From Cytophagales bacterium (GTDB taxonomy: Bacteria > Bacteroidota > Bacteroidia > Cytophagales > Spirosomataceae): a stretch of DNA of 64,000 bases. The notes under the pieces are model-generated. The model saw nothing but the letters and a program-made list of their open reading frames with translations. It was not told the origin of the DNA and did not search any database. The stretch lies in contig JAAFJP010000033.1 of the NCBI GenBank assembly GCA_013298125.1, forward strand, positions 152-64,151, in the 5' to 3' direction. Positions 27,539 through 36,752 of the stretch are shown here, one piece after another (the stretch's first letter is position 1; each line of letters begins with the position of its first letter). A program made the position numbers and the translations under genes.

Positions 27539-28576
27539 TTACGAAATTACCTCCTCAATAATACGAATTTGGGTTAAAATCTCTTCAGGTTTTATTAATA
27601 ATTCTTTACCCAGCACTATGTTATCATGCAGGTTTTGGAATAACAAAGCCCAATTTCCCTGTTCGGTTTTAATGATTTCTTGTGTGGCTATCCCTTCTCT
27701 TTCTGAATATAAAATTCCATCTTGTAAATTTGGTTCAATCCCAAAACCTATCTCCTGGGGCATCATACCCGTTTTTAAATGGTCTTCCTGAACGTCAATC
27801 CCGTATTTTACAAAAGAGCCTTTTGTCCCATGAATGATATACCGTGGTGAATTTTCACGAACTAATAAACTTGACTTTAGTGTAACTTTTAACTTCCCAT
27901 AATCTAATCGAATATCAAAAGCATCTTCTATTTCAGAATTTTCTCTCTGTGTAAAAGTATGTCCCCAGACGTGTTGAGGTACACCAAAAAGCACAATCGC
28001 TTGGTCAATAATGTGTGAACCTAAATCATAAATAATTCCACTGGCAGGACTTACCATTTCTTTCCATTTCTTAGGATTCAAGAGTGGTTTAAAGCGATTA
28101 AAGTGGATTTCAAAATTCAATATTTCTCCCAAAGAACCCTCTTTGATTATTTTTTTTACTGTCAAAAAATCAGAATCAAAACGGCGATTCTGAAAAATTG
28201 ATAGGGTCTTTTGTTGTTTTTGGGATAATAAAATTAGTTCTTCGGCTTGTTGAGAAGTTGCTGTAAAAGGCTTTTCAACAAGTACGTGTTTTTTTGCTTG
28301 TAAAACACGTTTAGCGTACTCATAATGTGTAGCGTTAGGAGAACAAATACTAACTAAATCAATCGTTTTATCCCCTAAAACTTCCTCCAAACTACGAGCA
28401 ACTTTCACCGAAGGATAAAACTCCTGCGGATTCTGATTATTGGAGACAATCGTTTTGAGATTGAAATTAGGATTTGTTGCAAAAAATGGTGCTTGCAAAT
28501 ATTTTCCAGATAATCCAAAACCTACAATAGCTACATTAAGCATTTTTTTATTGGGGTTTAAATCAAAAAAGGGCAT
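27539..28576 (-). CDS. Gfo/Idh/MocA-family NAD(P)-dependent oxidoreductase
   Basis: Rossmann N-terminus VAIVGFGLSGK, an EKP motif (VLVEKPF) and a C-terminal alpha/beta domain. Confidence 0.85.
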   Translation of the reverse strand: MPFFDLNPNKKMLNVAIVGFGLSGKYLQAPFFATNPNFNLKTIVSNNQNPQEFYPSVKVARSLEEVLGDKTIDLVSICSPNATHYEYAKRVLQAKKHVLVEKPFTATSQQAEELILLSQKQQKTLSIFQNRRFDSDFLTVKKIIKEGSLGEILNFEIHFNRFKPLLNPKKWKEMVSPASGIIYDLGSHIIDQAIVLFGVPQHVWGHTFTQRENSEIEDAFDIRLDYGKLKVTLKSSLLVRENSPRYIIHGTKGSFVKYGIDVQEDHLKTGMMPQEIGFGIEPNLQDGILYSEREGIATQEIIKTEQGNWALLFQNLHDNIVLGKELLIKPEEILTQIRIIEEVIS

Positions 28577-28577
28577 A

Positions 28578-28609
28578 AAAAAAAGTCCTGATAACTCAGG
28601 ACTTTTTTT
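28578..28609. terminator. Intrinsic terminator
   Basis: aaaaagtcctga-taac-tcaggacttttttt lies downstream of the small lipoprotein gene on the minus strand. Confidence 0.8.
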
Positions 28610-28643
28610 GTGTTCTTTCGAAAGAAACTATAAGGAGTTGATA

Positions 28644-28826
28644 TTACTTCTTAGTAGTATCAGCAGCCATAGCAGCAGCAGTATCAGCAACAGCAGCAGT
28701 ATCAACAGCTACAGTAGTATCTACAGCAACAGCAGTTGAATCAGTTGTACCTTCAGCTTTTTTCTCAGAACAAGCAGCTAATGACATCATTGAAGCTACT
28801 AATGCGAATGCAAAGAATTTTTTCAT
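28644..28826 (-). CDS. 60-aa lipoprotein with Ala/Thr/Asp/Val low-complexity repeats
   Basis: Start at ATG 28826 gives MKKFFAFALVASMMSLAACSEKK (lipobox LAAC), then TAVAVDTTVAVDTAAVADTAAAMAADTTKK. The DNA shows cagcagc/agtatc periodic repeats. Confidence 0.6.
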   Translation of the reverse strand: MKKFFAFALVASMMSLAACSEKKAEGTTDSTAVAVDTTVAVDTAAVADTAAAMAADTTKK

Positions 28827-29126
28827 TTTGTGTGGTGATTTGGGTTTGTAAATCATTACAAATTTATGTACAATTTTAATTCTGTACAAGTAATTATTAA
28901 GAAATTTTAAGGAAATTTTAATAATTGATAAAAATTCTTTCTTTTTGCTTAGATTAAAACGGAATAGTACAATTTTATTCTTAAAATAGTGTAAAGTTTA
29001 ACGATAATTTTAAGATTAATGTCTTAATTTTTGCGGTTTTCAGGAATTGTTTTCTTAGATAAATACTATTTTGCACAAAAAAACCTTTGGTATCAGCGAA
29101 GGTTTCTGGCACTCTGTTTGATATTA

Positions 29127-29615
29127 TTAAGAAACTAATTTTTTCAATCTACTATAAAAACCTGTACTCTTAAAAGTGAAGGTTTTGTGAAGAATATAGT
29201 TAAAAACAAAACTTACGCCCATTCCTACTACCTGACAACTCAACTCATTGATATTCATAGGTTTTGAGAGGAAGGGTAGAGTCATTGTATTTTTCCCAAG
29301 TGATGCTTCTACAAATTTTAGCGTTGTTACTGAAAAGAAAACTGTAATTCCCCACGAACCTGCTGCTACCATCATAAATTTTAACATTTCTCTGCGAGTC
29401 TGATTGGTATTCCTTGCGTCAAAAGCAAACATTTTGGTCAATACAAAACCAACTACAAACGAAATCAAATAAGCCCAAGAAACGGCATCCGTGTAAGGGA
29501 GCTGAAATTTATTCCGTAGAATACTTCCCGCTATCAATTGTACGGCAGCACCCGTTCCTGCGACTAAAAAATAGGCAATGAGGTCTTTTTTATTTAATAA
29601 TTTTGATTTAGACAA
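29127..29615 (-). CDS. GtrA-family membrane protein
   Basis: Four TM segments, typical size, and a C-terminal YILHKTFTF motif characteristic of GtrA-like proteins. Confidence 0.7.
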   Translation of the reverse strand: MSKSKLLNKKDLIAYFLVAGTGAAVQLIAGSILRNKFQLPYTDAVSWAYLISFVVGFVLTKMFAFDARNTNQTRREMLKFMMVAAGSWGITVFFSVTTLKFVEASLGKNTMTLPFLSKPMNINELSCQVVGMGVSFVFNYILHKTFTFKSTGFYSRLKKLVS

Positions 29616-29619
29616 TGTG

Positions 29620-31035
29620 TTAAAAAAGTTTTTTGACTAAATCAGGGGCAATACCCAGGACGATAGTCAAGATGGTTGTGAGGATAAGCGTGTACTTATA
29701 GATGGGTGAAATTTCGATTTTTTCAATATCTCCATTTCTCATATATACGGCAATAATTGGTTTAAAATAATAGTAAATACCCACGGCTGACATCAATATG
29801 GCAACCACTAAAAGGCTTTTAAAAATGCCAGATGGATTTGAAAAAGCATCTGTAAAGATAAAAAACTTTCCGAAGAAACCTGCCGTCAATGGAATTCCCG
29901 CCAATGACAACATCGAAACGGTTAATACAAAAGCTAAGAGAGGGTTATTTTTCGATAAACCGTTTAAAGCATCAAAACTCTCATCGGGCTTTCCTGCCTT
30001 AGATTTTGCTTCTGAAACTAATATCAAAACGGCAAATGCTGAAATCGTTGCGATTGAATAGGCTAATGAATAAAACAACACCGAAGCATTGGTTTCTGGA
30101 CGTTTAGCTAAGACTGTAATCAACAAATATCCTGCGTGCGAGATACTCGAATACGCCAGCATACGCTTGAAACTTTGTTGGTAAACTGCCGTTAAGTTAC
30201 CGATTATCAAAGTTGCCCCAACGATATAGACCATCGGATTTCCCCACGTTCCGTACATATCTGGAAATGAGGTAGATAACAAACGATAAGTAGCAGCAAC
30301 ACCCGCCGTTTTTACAACCGTTGACATGAAGGCAGTAAACAAACTTGGAGCTCCATCATACACATCAGGTGTCCAGAAGTGGAATGGTGCGGCTGAGATT
30401 TTAAATAACAAACCCGCCAACATCATGATTACCCCTGCCGTAAGAATTGGTCCATACAATCCCCCCATTTGTGATTTAGCATCTTTTACGGCTAATCCTA
30501 TTCCGTGAATATCAAATGAACCCGTTGCTCCGTAAACCAAGGCTACGCCAAAAAGTAAAATACCTGTGGCAAATGAACCCATTAAAAAGTATTTCAAAGC
30601 GGCTTCATTTGAACGTAAATTACGCTTGTCTGAACCCGTGAGGACGTACATTGAAACCGAAAGGATTTCTAAGCCCACGAAAAGCATTATCAAGTTTTCG
30701 TAAGTTACCATCATAATTGCTCCCACTAAGGAGAACATCATAATTGCGTAGTATTCGGCTGGGTGAGAATGTTCTTCGTCATCTCCAAATCCTCTTGAAA
30801 TGGCAACTACCAAAAGCCCTGCAAGCAAGATTACTGTTGTAAAATTGATGGATAAGTTATTGGTTCTCAACATATTATTGAACCAAAGATATTCATGGTT
30901 CCAGTCTGTGAAATTCAGACCCAATGCGATGAGAATAAAAATTAGGGTTGCAGGTAATAATATTTTACGGTTGTTCAAAAAACCGAGAAATAAACTACTT
31001 ATTCCAAAAAGTGATAATGCTATAATTGCGTTCAT
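29620..31035 (-). CDS. nuoN: NADH-quinone oxidoreductase subunit N
   Basis: Antiporter-like subunit with about 14 TM segments, last in the nuoK-L-M-N order. Contains the FHFWTPDVY motif. Confidence 0.9.
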   Translation of the reverse strand: MNAIIALSLFGISSLFLGFLNNRKILLPATLIFILIALGLNFTDWNHEYLWFNNMLRTNNLSINFTTVILLAGLLVVAISRGFGDDEEHSHPAEYYAIMMFSLVGAIMMVTYENLIMLFVGLEILSVSMYVLTGSDKRNLRSNEAALKYFLMGSFATGILLFGVALVYGATGSFDIHGIGLAVKDAKSQMGGLYGPILTAGVIMMLAGLLFKISAAPFHFWTPDVYDGAPSLFTAFMSTVVKTAGVAATYRLLSTSFPDMYGTWGNPMVYIVGATLIIGNLTAVYQQSFKRMLAYSSISHAGYLLITVLAKRPETNASVLFYSLAYSIATISAFAVLILVSEAKSKAGKPDESFDALNGLSKNNPLLAFVLTVSMLSLAGIPLTAGFFGKFFIFTDAFSNPSGIFKSLLVVAILMSAVGIYYYFKPIIAVYMRNGDIEKIEISPIYKYTLILTTILTIVLGIAPDLVKKLF

Positions 31036-31047
31036 GTTATTCAGATA

Positions 31048-31125
31048 AGCCCCCTAACCCCCAGAGGGGGAATAACGAGCAAAAAATTATATGACCTCAA
31101 TTCCCCCTCTGGGGGTTAGGGGGCT
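31048..31125. repeat. GC-rich palindromic element (copy E1) between nuoM and nuoN
   Basis: agccccctaacccccagagggggaat (31048-31073) pairs with attccccctctgggggttagggggct (31100-31125) as perfect 26-nt inverted arms. Confidence 0.95.
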
Positions 31126-31126
31126 A

Positions 31127-32581
31127 TTATTTTAAAATAGATAATAATTGACTTACGGCTGGTTCGGTGAATTTCAAAAACATATTTGGGGCGATACCCA
31201 ACCAAATTACCATAAATGACAAAGGAAATAGTACTACTTTTTCAGATAATGTTAAGTCTGCAAAACCGTCTGTGATTTTTGAGGTAATGCCAAACATGGA
31301 CTTCTGAACCATTCTTAACATATAAACCGCTCCTAAGATGATAGTCAATCCTGCGATTGCACCTGCCCAAGCGTTGTATTGATAAACTCCTTTCAATAAT
31401 AAAAATTCACCTACAAATCCGTTGGTTAATGGCATGGCAACTGAACCTAACATTAGGATAATGAAATAGACTGTTAAGTTTGGAGTGGTTTGTGTAATAC
31501 CTCCCAAACGAGCCAATTCACGTGATTTCGTACGTTGTTGGATAATTTCTACGATAAAGAAAAGACCTACTACGTTGATTCCGTGTGCTAACATTTGAAT
31601 TAATGCTCCTTGTACGCCATCAATATTTCTACTAAAAATACCCGCCGCCATCAAGCCTACGTGTGCGAATGATGAGTAAGCGATGAGGCGTTTCATATCT
31701 TTTTGTTGAATCGCAATGATTGAACCATACACAATGCCAATTACCGAAAGAATCACCGCAATCATTCCGTATTTATCAACTGCCAAAGGAACGATTGGAA
31801 GGACAAAACGAATCAATCCATAAGTACCCATTTTCAACATAATACCTGATAATAACATCGTTCCAGCCGTTGGGGCTTCTACGTAAGTATCTGGTTGCCA
31901 AGTGTGGAAAGGGAACAAAGGCATTTTGATAGCGAAGGCAATAAAAAATGCTCCGAATAAATAGCTTTGTTGGGTAATATCTAAGGTTTTGGCGGCAGCA
32001 TAAATTGATTCAAAATCAGATTTATGGGCAATTCCAGCGGTCTGCATATACAAATACACCAAAGCCAACAACATAAATAAAGACCCGAAGATGGTATAAA
32101 CAAAGAACTTGAATGTTACTTTAATACGGTCTTCGCCTCCCCAAATGGCAGCAATAAAATACACTGGAATCAGGGCTACCTCAAAGAAGAAATAGAATAA
32201 GAAAATATCTCTCGCTGTGAATACACCAATCAATGCCGCTTGCATAAACAAGATAAGGGCATAGAAAGTAGGGGCATTTTTATAGTTATTCTTGAAAGTC
32301 GAAAGAATGATGAAAGGAACCATCAAAGTTGTCAGACATACTAAAATCAAGCTGATACCGTCGATACCTACTGAAAATTTGATACCTGCCGAATGAATCC
32401 AGTCGTAGCTCACAGCAAATTGTGAAGTAGCGTTTGGCATAAACGAATGATAGACATACGCACCAAGAATCATCTCTGCAAAAGCAAAAATGGAGGCAAT
32501 CGTTTTAGAATTTTCTCCTTTGGTCGTGAGGGTCAAAAGCCCTGCGATGATGGGGAGGAGAATTAGTGAAATTGTTAGCAT
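31127..32581 (-). CDS. nuoM: NADH-quinone oxidoreductase subunit M
   Basis: Antiporter-like subunit. Contains the FPFHTWQPDTYVEAPTAGTMLLSGIMLK motif. Confidence 0.9.
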   Translation of the reverse strand: MLTISLILLPIIAGLLTLTTKGENSKTIASIFAFAEMILGAYVYHSFMPNATSQFAVSYDWIHSAGIKFSVGIDGISLILVCLTTLMVPFIILSTFKNNYKNAPTFYALILFMQAALIGVFTARDIFLFYFFFEVALIPVYFIAAIWGGEDRIKVTFKFFVYTIFGSLFMLLALVYLYMQTAGIAHKSDFESIYAAAKTLDITQQSYLFGAFFIAFAIKMPLFPFHTWQPDTYVEAPTAGTMLLSGIMLKMGTYGLIRFVLPIVPLAVDKYGMIAVILSVIGIVYGSIIAIQQKDMKRLIAYSSFAHVGLMAAGIFSRNIDGVQGALIQMLAHGINVVGLFFIVEIIQQRTKSRELARLGGITQTTPNLTVYFIILMLGSVAMPLTNGFVGEFLLLKGVYQYNAWAGAIAGLTIILGAVYMLRMVQKSMFGITSKITDGFADLTLSEKVVLFPLSFMVIWLGIAPNMFLKFTEPAVSQLLSILK

Positions 32582-32590
32582 AATTTTTTA

Positions 32591-32959
32591 TTACTTATCA
32601 ATGGGATTTGTAATGTTCAAATCTGGAATGTGTATAAAATCTTTAACGTTTACCGTAACGAGTTCTAAATCATAAAATAAAGCCGTTGCTGCAATTGTGG
32701 CATCTGGCAAATCCATTTTTTTGACTTGTTTTAATCCAATTGCTTTTTGGACTATTTGATGCTGTAAATCCAAAACGTGTAACTGATCAAATATAAATTC
32801 AAAATACAGTTTCTCTTGTTCAGAAATTTTATGATAACCTAAAACCTCAATTTGAGTGATAACAGAAATAGCATTATTTTTATCGAAAATAAGTTTTTTC
32901 AGAAACTCATATTTGGGATTTAAAGAATTAATTAGAATGTTGGTGTCCAATAATTTCAT
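32591..32959 (-). CDS. PIN-domain ribonuclease toxin (VapC-like)
   Basis: N-terminal acidic residue in LLDTNILI, then LPDATIAATAL. Its start overlaps the upstream small-gene stop by 1 nt. Confidence 0.8.
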   Translation of the reverse strand: MKLLDTNILINSLNPKYEFLKKLIFDKNNAISVITQIEVLGYHKISEQEKLYFEFIFDQLHVLDLQHQIVQKAIGLKQVKKMDLPDATIAATALFYDLELVTVNVKDFIHIPDLNITNPIDK

Positions 32960-33183
32960 TAGTCTCTATACGGTAGTTTACGATAATTTCTCTCAGATTT
33001 TTGCCACTCTACGGCATCTCCGAAAGAACTTGGTTCACTAAAAAAGTTCATTGCCCACTCTCTCATTTCATCCTCATTTTTAGGATTTGGGTTTTCAGAA
33101 ATTTCTATTCCTAACTTCTTTGTCAAATCCTTAACTAATGGAATGTCTTTTTCTTCTATTTTAAATGAAATGTATTTTGTCAT
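32959..33183 (-). CDS. Putative antitoxin of the PIN toxin (74 aa)
   Basis: Small ORF overlapping the PIN start. Its C-terminus GDAVEWQKSERNYRKLPYRD is paralogous to the next small ORF. Confidence 0.6.
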   Translation of the reverse strand: MTKYISFKIEEKDIPLVKDLTKKLGIEISENPNPKNEDEMREWAMNFFSEPSSFGDAVEWQKSERNYRKLPYRD

Positions 33184-33195
33184 TGTAGTAAAATA

Positions 33196-33348
33196 TTAAT
33201 TTCTGAAAGGAAGATTTTTATATTTTCTTTGTTCTTTTTGCCATTCGATAATGTCTCCAAGGTAGGAAAAATCTCCTCCTTTCTTAATGATATTCGTAAC
33301 TTTATCATATTTGAGTTTATCAGATAAATCAACTGTAATCATCTTCAT
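33196..33348 (-). CDS. Second antitoxin-like micro-ORF (50 aa, below the ORF-track cutoff)
   Basis: Hand translation gives MKMITVDLSDKLKYDKVTNIIKKGGDFSYLGDIIEWQKEQRKYKNLPFRN. Its C-terminal 20 aa resemble those of the 74-aa protein. Confidence 0.5.
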   Translation of the reverse strand: MKMITVDLSDKLKYDKVTNIIKKGGDFSYLGDIIEWQKEQRKYKNLPFRN

Positions 33349-33360
33349 AATCAGTAATAA

Positions 33361-35298
33361 CTATTTGGAAATCAAAGCCTTCAAGCTATCAACCATCTGA
33401 GAAATATCCGCTCCGAAGAAGCTGATTCCTAAGATTACCACGATAGAAAGTACCATTCCGAAGATATAATTTCCTGTTGTTCCGCTTTGTAATAATCGTG
33501 CTTCGGATGAAAGTGATTTTACGCCTTTTCCAATACCTTCTACGATTAAATCTATTACTAAAAACTCAAATACTGAATGGAAGAAGTTTGATAATGCAGT
33601 GATTGGTTTCACGAAAACAGTATCATAAATTTCATCAACGTAGTATTTATTATAAATCAATTTCTGAATTCCTGAAACTTGGCTGTCTGCCGATGGAACT
33701 GATTTTTTACTTACATAAATCACATAAGCCAATCCTGCCGAAAGAAGTGCAGCAACTACTGAAACAATCATCAACATTTTTTCTAATGATTCATCAACGG
33801 CGGCGTGTTCTACATTTGAATGTGCAAATAAGGGAGCCATAAATGTTGCTAAACTTGAATGCCCATTAAAAATATGTGGTAAATTAAAGAATCCTGCACC
33901 TGCCGAAAATATTGCCAAAATCATCAACGGTGCAGTCATCGTTAGTGGTGATTCGTGCAAATGATGTTTTTGTTCTGACGTTCCTCTGAATTCTCCGAAG
34001 AAAGTTAAAAACAACAAACGGAACATATAAAATGATGTCATTATTGACCCCAAAAGGGCAAAACCCCACATCAATTTATTGTGTTCATAAACATGAGCCA
34101 AAATTTCGTCTTTCGAGAAAAATCCTGAGAACGGAGGAATACCCGAAATAGCAATCGTGGCAATCAAGAAGGTAACAAACGTGATAGGTAATACTTTACG
34201 CAAACCACCCATTTTACGAATGTCTTGTTCGTCCGACATGGCATGAATCACTGAACCTGCCCCGAGGAATAAAAGAGCCTTGAAAAATGCGTGGGTCATT
34301 ACGTGGAAAAACGAAGAAGAATAAGCCATTACACCCAATCCCATGAACATATAGCCCAATTGAGAAACGGTTGAATAAGCCAATACTTTCTTAATATCAT
34401 TTTGGAAAAGACCAATCGAAGCTGCTAAAAGTGCCGTTGCTAAGCCTACCCAAGCCACAATTTCTAAGGTTTCGGGTGCAAGCGAATACATGAAATTTGA
34501 ACGGATAATCATGTAAATACCAGCCGTCACCATCGTAGCTGCGTGTATGAGGGCAGATACGGGCGTTGGACCTGCCATCGCATCGGGCAACCATGTGTAC
34601 AAGGGAATTTGGGCAGATTTTCCCATTGCTCCAACGAATAACAAAAGCGTGATGTAAAATAAAGTTTTGTCTCCCGAAAGATAACCGCCTTCTACCACCG
34701 ACTCTTGAATGCTTGCGTATTCAACTGAACCAAAGTGGCTGATTATCATGAAAATACCTAACAAAAAACCCAAATCACCAATGCGGTTCATGATGAAGGC
34801 TTTGCGGGCGGCATTTCCGTAATTCGTATTTTTATTCCAGAATCCAATCAAAAGATATGAACAAAGTCCAACACCTTCCCAACCGATGAACATCACGACA
34901 TAATTTGACCCCATCACTAACAAAAGCATGAAGAACAAAAAGAGATTGAGGAAAGCAAAGAATTTGCCGAAACCTTCATCGTGGCTCATGTAGCCGATTG
35001 AATAAATGTGAATCAATGAACCTACGCCCGTGATGATTAACAACATCAATAAAGATAATTGGTCAATCAGGAAAGAGAAGGATATATTCAGTTTGCCGAC
35101 AGTTATCCAATCGAAAACGGAAACAACTTGTGGTTTGCCGTCGAATCCGAAGAAAAGCGACAATACGCAAGCAAAAGAAGCTAAGGCAACCCCCGAACTG
35201 ATAATACCAGCCAATGATTTTGGAACATGGCGAAAACCGATTCCATTAATCAAGAAACCAAGAAGAGGAAGAAGTGGAATGAGTGTAATTAAGGACAT
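33361..35298 (-). CDS. nuoL: NADH-quinone oxidoreductase subunit L
   Basis: 645 aa antiporter-like subunit with a C-terminal lateral helix/TM extension. Contains the motif LPDAMAGPTPVSALIHAATMVTAG. Confidence 0.95.
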   Translation of the reverse strand: MSLITLIPLLPLLGFLINGIGFRHVPKSLAGIISSGVALASFACVLSLFFGFDGKPQVVSVFDWITVGKLNISFSFLIDQLSLLMLLIITGVGSLIHIYSIGYMSHDEGFGKFFAFLNLFLFFMLLLVMGSNYVVMFIGWEGVGLCSYLLIGFWNKNTNYGNAARKAFIMNRIGDLGFLLGIFMIISHFGSVEYASIQESVVEGGYLSGDKTLFYITLLLFVGAMGKSAQIPLYTWLPDAMAGPTPVSALIHAATMVTAGIYMIIRSNFMYSLAPETLEIVAWVGLATALLAASIGLFQNDIKKVLAYSTVSQLGYMFMGLGVMAYSSSFFHVMTHAFFKALLFLGAGSVIHAMSDEQDIRKMGGLRKVLPITFVTFLIATIAISGIPPFSGFFSKDEILAHVYEHNKLMWGFALLGSIMTSFYMFRLLFLTFFGEFRGTSEQKHHLHESPLTMTAPLMILAIFSAGAGFFNLPHIFNGHSSLATFMAPLFAHSNVEHAAVDESLEKMLMIVSVVAALLSAGLAYVIYVSKKSVPSADSQVSGIQKLIYNKYYVDEIYDTVFVKPITALSNFFHSVFEFLVIDLIVEGIGKGVKSLSSEARLLQSGTTGNYIFGMVLSIVVILGISFFGADISQMVDSLKALISK

Positions 35299-35313
35299 AT
35301 GTGTTTTATTAAC

Positions 35314-35392
35314 AGCCCCCTAACCCCCGATGGGGGAATTTTAGTCCACAATTATCGGACAAATAAATTCCCCCATCGGGGGTTAGGGGGCT
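35314..35392. repeat. GC-rich palindromic element (copy E2) between nuoK and nuoL
   Basis: agccccctaacccccgatgggggaat (35314-35339) pairs with attcccccatcgggggttagggggct (35367-35392). The termini are the same as E1, and the internal triplet is swapped in both arms. Confidence 0.95.
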
Positions 35393-35396
35393 TTTT

Positions 35397-35726
35397 CTAC
35401 CATTTCAATTTATTCAATAAACCAACGTCAATGGTTTTGATATTTCTGTAAATCATCACGATTATTGCAAGACCGACTGCAACTTCTGCCGCTGCAACTG
35501 CCATGATGAAAAAGACGAAAATTTGACCTGATGGATCAGATTTATACGATGAAAATGCGGCTAACAATAAATTGACGGCATTGAGCATCAACTCAACGGA
35601 CATAAAAATAATAATCGCATTTCGACGAGTCAATACGCCGATGATTCCGATACAAAATAGGGCTGTACTAAACCATATATAATTCTGCAAAGGAACGAGT
35701 CGGATAATGTCAGGTATTTGTTGCAT
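35397..35726 (-). CDS. nuoK: NADH-quinone oxidoreductase subunit K
   Basis: About 100 aa with 3 TM segments and a conserved Glu in TM2 (SVELMLNAVNL). Confidence 0.9.
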   Translation of the reverse strand: MQQIPDIIRLVPLQNYIWFSTALFCIGIIGVLTRRNAIIIFMSVELMLNAVNLLLAAFSSYKSDPSGQIFVFFIMAVAAAEVAVGLAIIVMIYRNIKTIDVGLLNKLKW

Positions 35727-35792
35727 AATGTTTGTTTTTTCGTAATAATTGCAAAAATACGGCTTTGCCTTTAAAATTGAAAAGTTTATCGT

Positions 35793-36659
35793 TTACTTAT
35801 TATTAAAACCTCGCAATTTTATCTCAGTCAGCTTCCTTTTCGTATCCATCGGGAAGTCGCCTTTCATCATCCAATCGTAATAGGATGGTTCTTCTTTTAA
35901 AACTTGAAGGACAGGTTTGCCAGCGTGTTTTCCGAAATTAATTACTTCTACACCGTCTTTATTGAAGGTCATTCGTTGAGCGAAATCGACTAATTTTGAG
36001 GCAGTTATCTCGTGAAGAACGTCCATGTCGTTCTTCACAGGTTCGATTTCTACACCATGAGCATCTTTTATTTTTACGCCTTCGTAATGTTGTACTTGGG
36101 CGTTCAAGACCTCCAAAGTGGCGATAGTATCTGCCTCTGCCGAGTGTGCATCAATCAATTCTTTCTGACAATAGAACTTATACGCCGCTGAAAGATTGCG
36201 AGGTTCCATCAAATGAAAAATTCTTTGGGCATCAATCAAACGGCGATTTTTTACGTCAAAATCAACGTCATTTCTCAAAAACTCTTCTACCAACATCGGC
36301 ACATCGAAACGGTTGGAGTTGAATCCTGCCAAATCACAACCTTCCAAAAACTGAGCCATTGATTTAGCAATTTGCTTGAAATTAGGCTCATTTGCTACAT
36401 CTTCATCATAAATACCATGTACCAACGATGACTCCAAAGGAATAGGCATTCCAGGGTTTACTCGGCGGGTTTTGACCGTTACAGTTCCATCAATATTGGC
36501 TTTGGCAATACTGATTTCGACGATACGGTCTTTAATCATGTTGATTCCCGTGGTTTCTAAATCGAAAACTGCGAGAGGCTTACGGAGTTTTAACTGATGA
36601 GTGAGCATTAAATCTTGTTTGCGGTTGGGAAATTTGATGTAAAATTCCATCAATCGCAA
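35793..36659 (-). CDS. DEDDh 3'-5' exonuclease (DnaQ/epsilon-like) with C-terminal extension
   Basis: Exo I is FDLETTG, Exo II is GFNSNRFDVPML and Exo III is HSAEADT. The true start may be an internal Met (M4 or M18). Confidence 0.8.
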   Translation of the reverse strand: MRLMEFYIKFPNRKQDLMLTHQLKLRKPLAVFDLETTGINMIKDRIVEISIAKANIDGTVTVKTRRVNPGMPIPLESSLVHGIYDEDVANEPNFKQIAKSMAQFLEGCDLAGFNSNRFDVPMLVEEFLRNDVDFDVKNRRLIDAQRIFHLMEPRNLSAAYKFYCQKELIDAHSAEADTIATLEVLNAQVQHYEGVKIKDAHGVEIEPVKNDMDVLHEITASKLVDFAQRMTFNKDGVEVINFGKHAGKPVLQVLKEEPSYYDWMMKGDFPMDTKRKLTEIKLRGFNNK

Positions 36660-36752
36660 AGTTAGCCAAAATAAATCTGAAACGTTGAGGGGTTTGAAAT
36701 CTTCTTTCTAAATTTGGTAAAAATATAGTCCAAAATCCAAAACCCACAAATT

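Noticed and set aside
28440-28739. 99-aa + strand ORF with a Ser-rich tail
   Set aside because: It lies antisense to the oxidoreductase 5' end and to the repeat-encoded lipoprotein gene. The poly-Ser tail is just the complement of the Ala/Thr repeat DNA.
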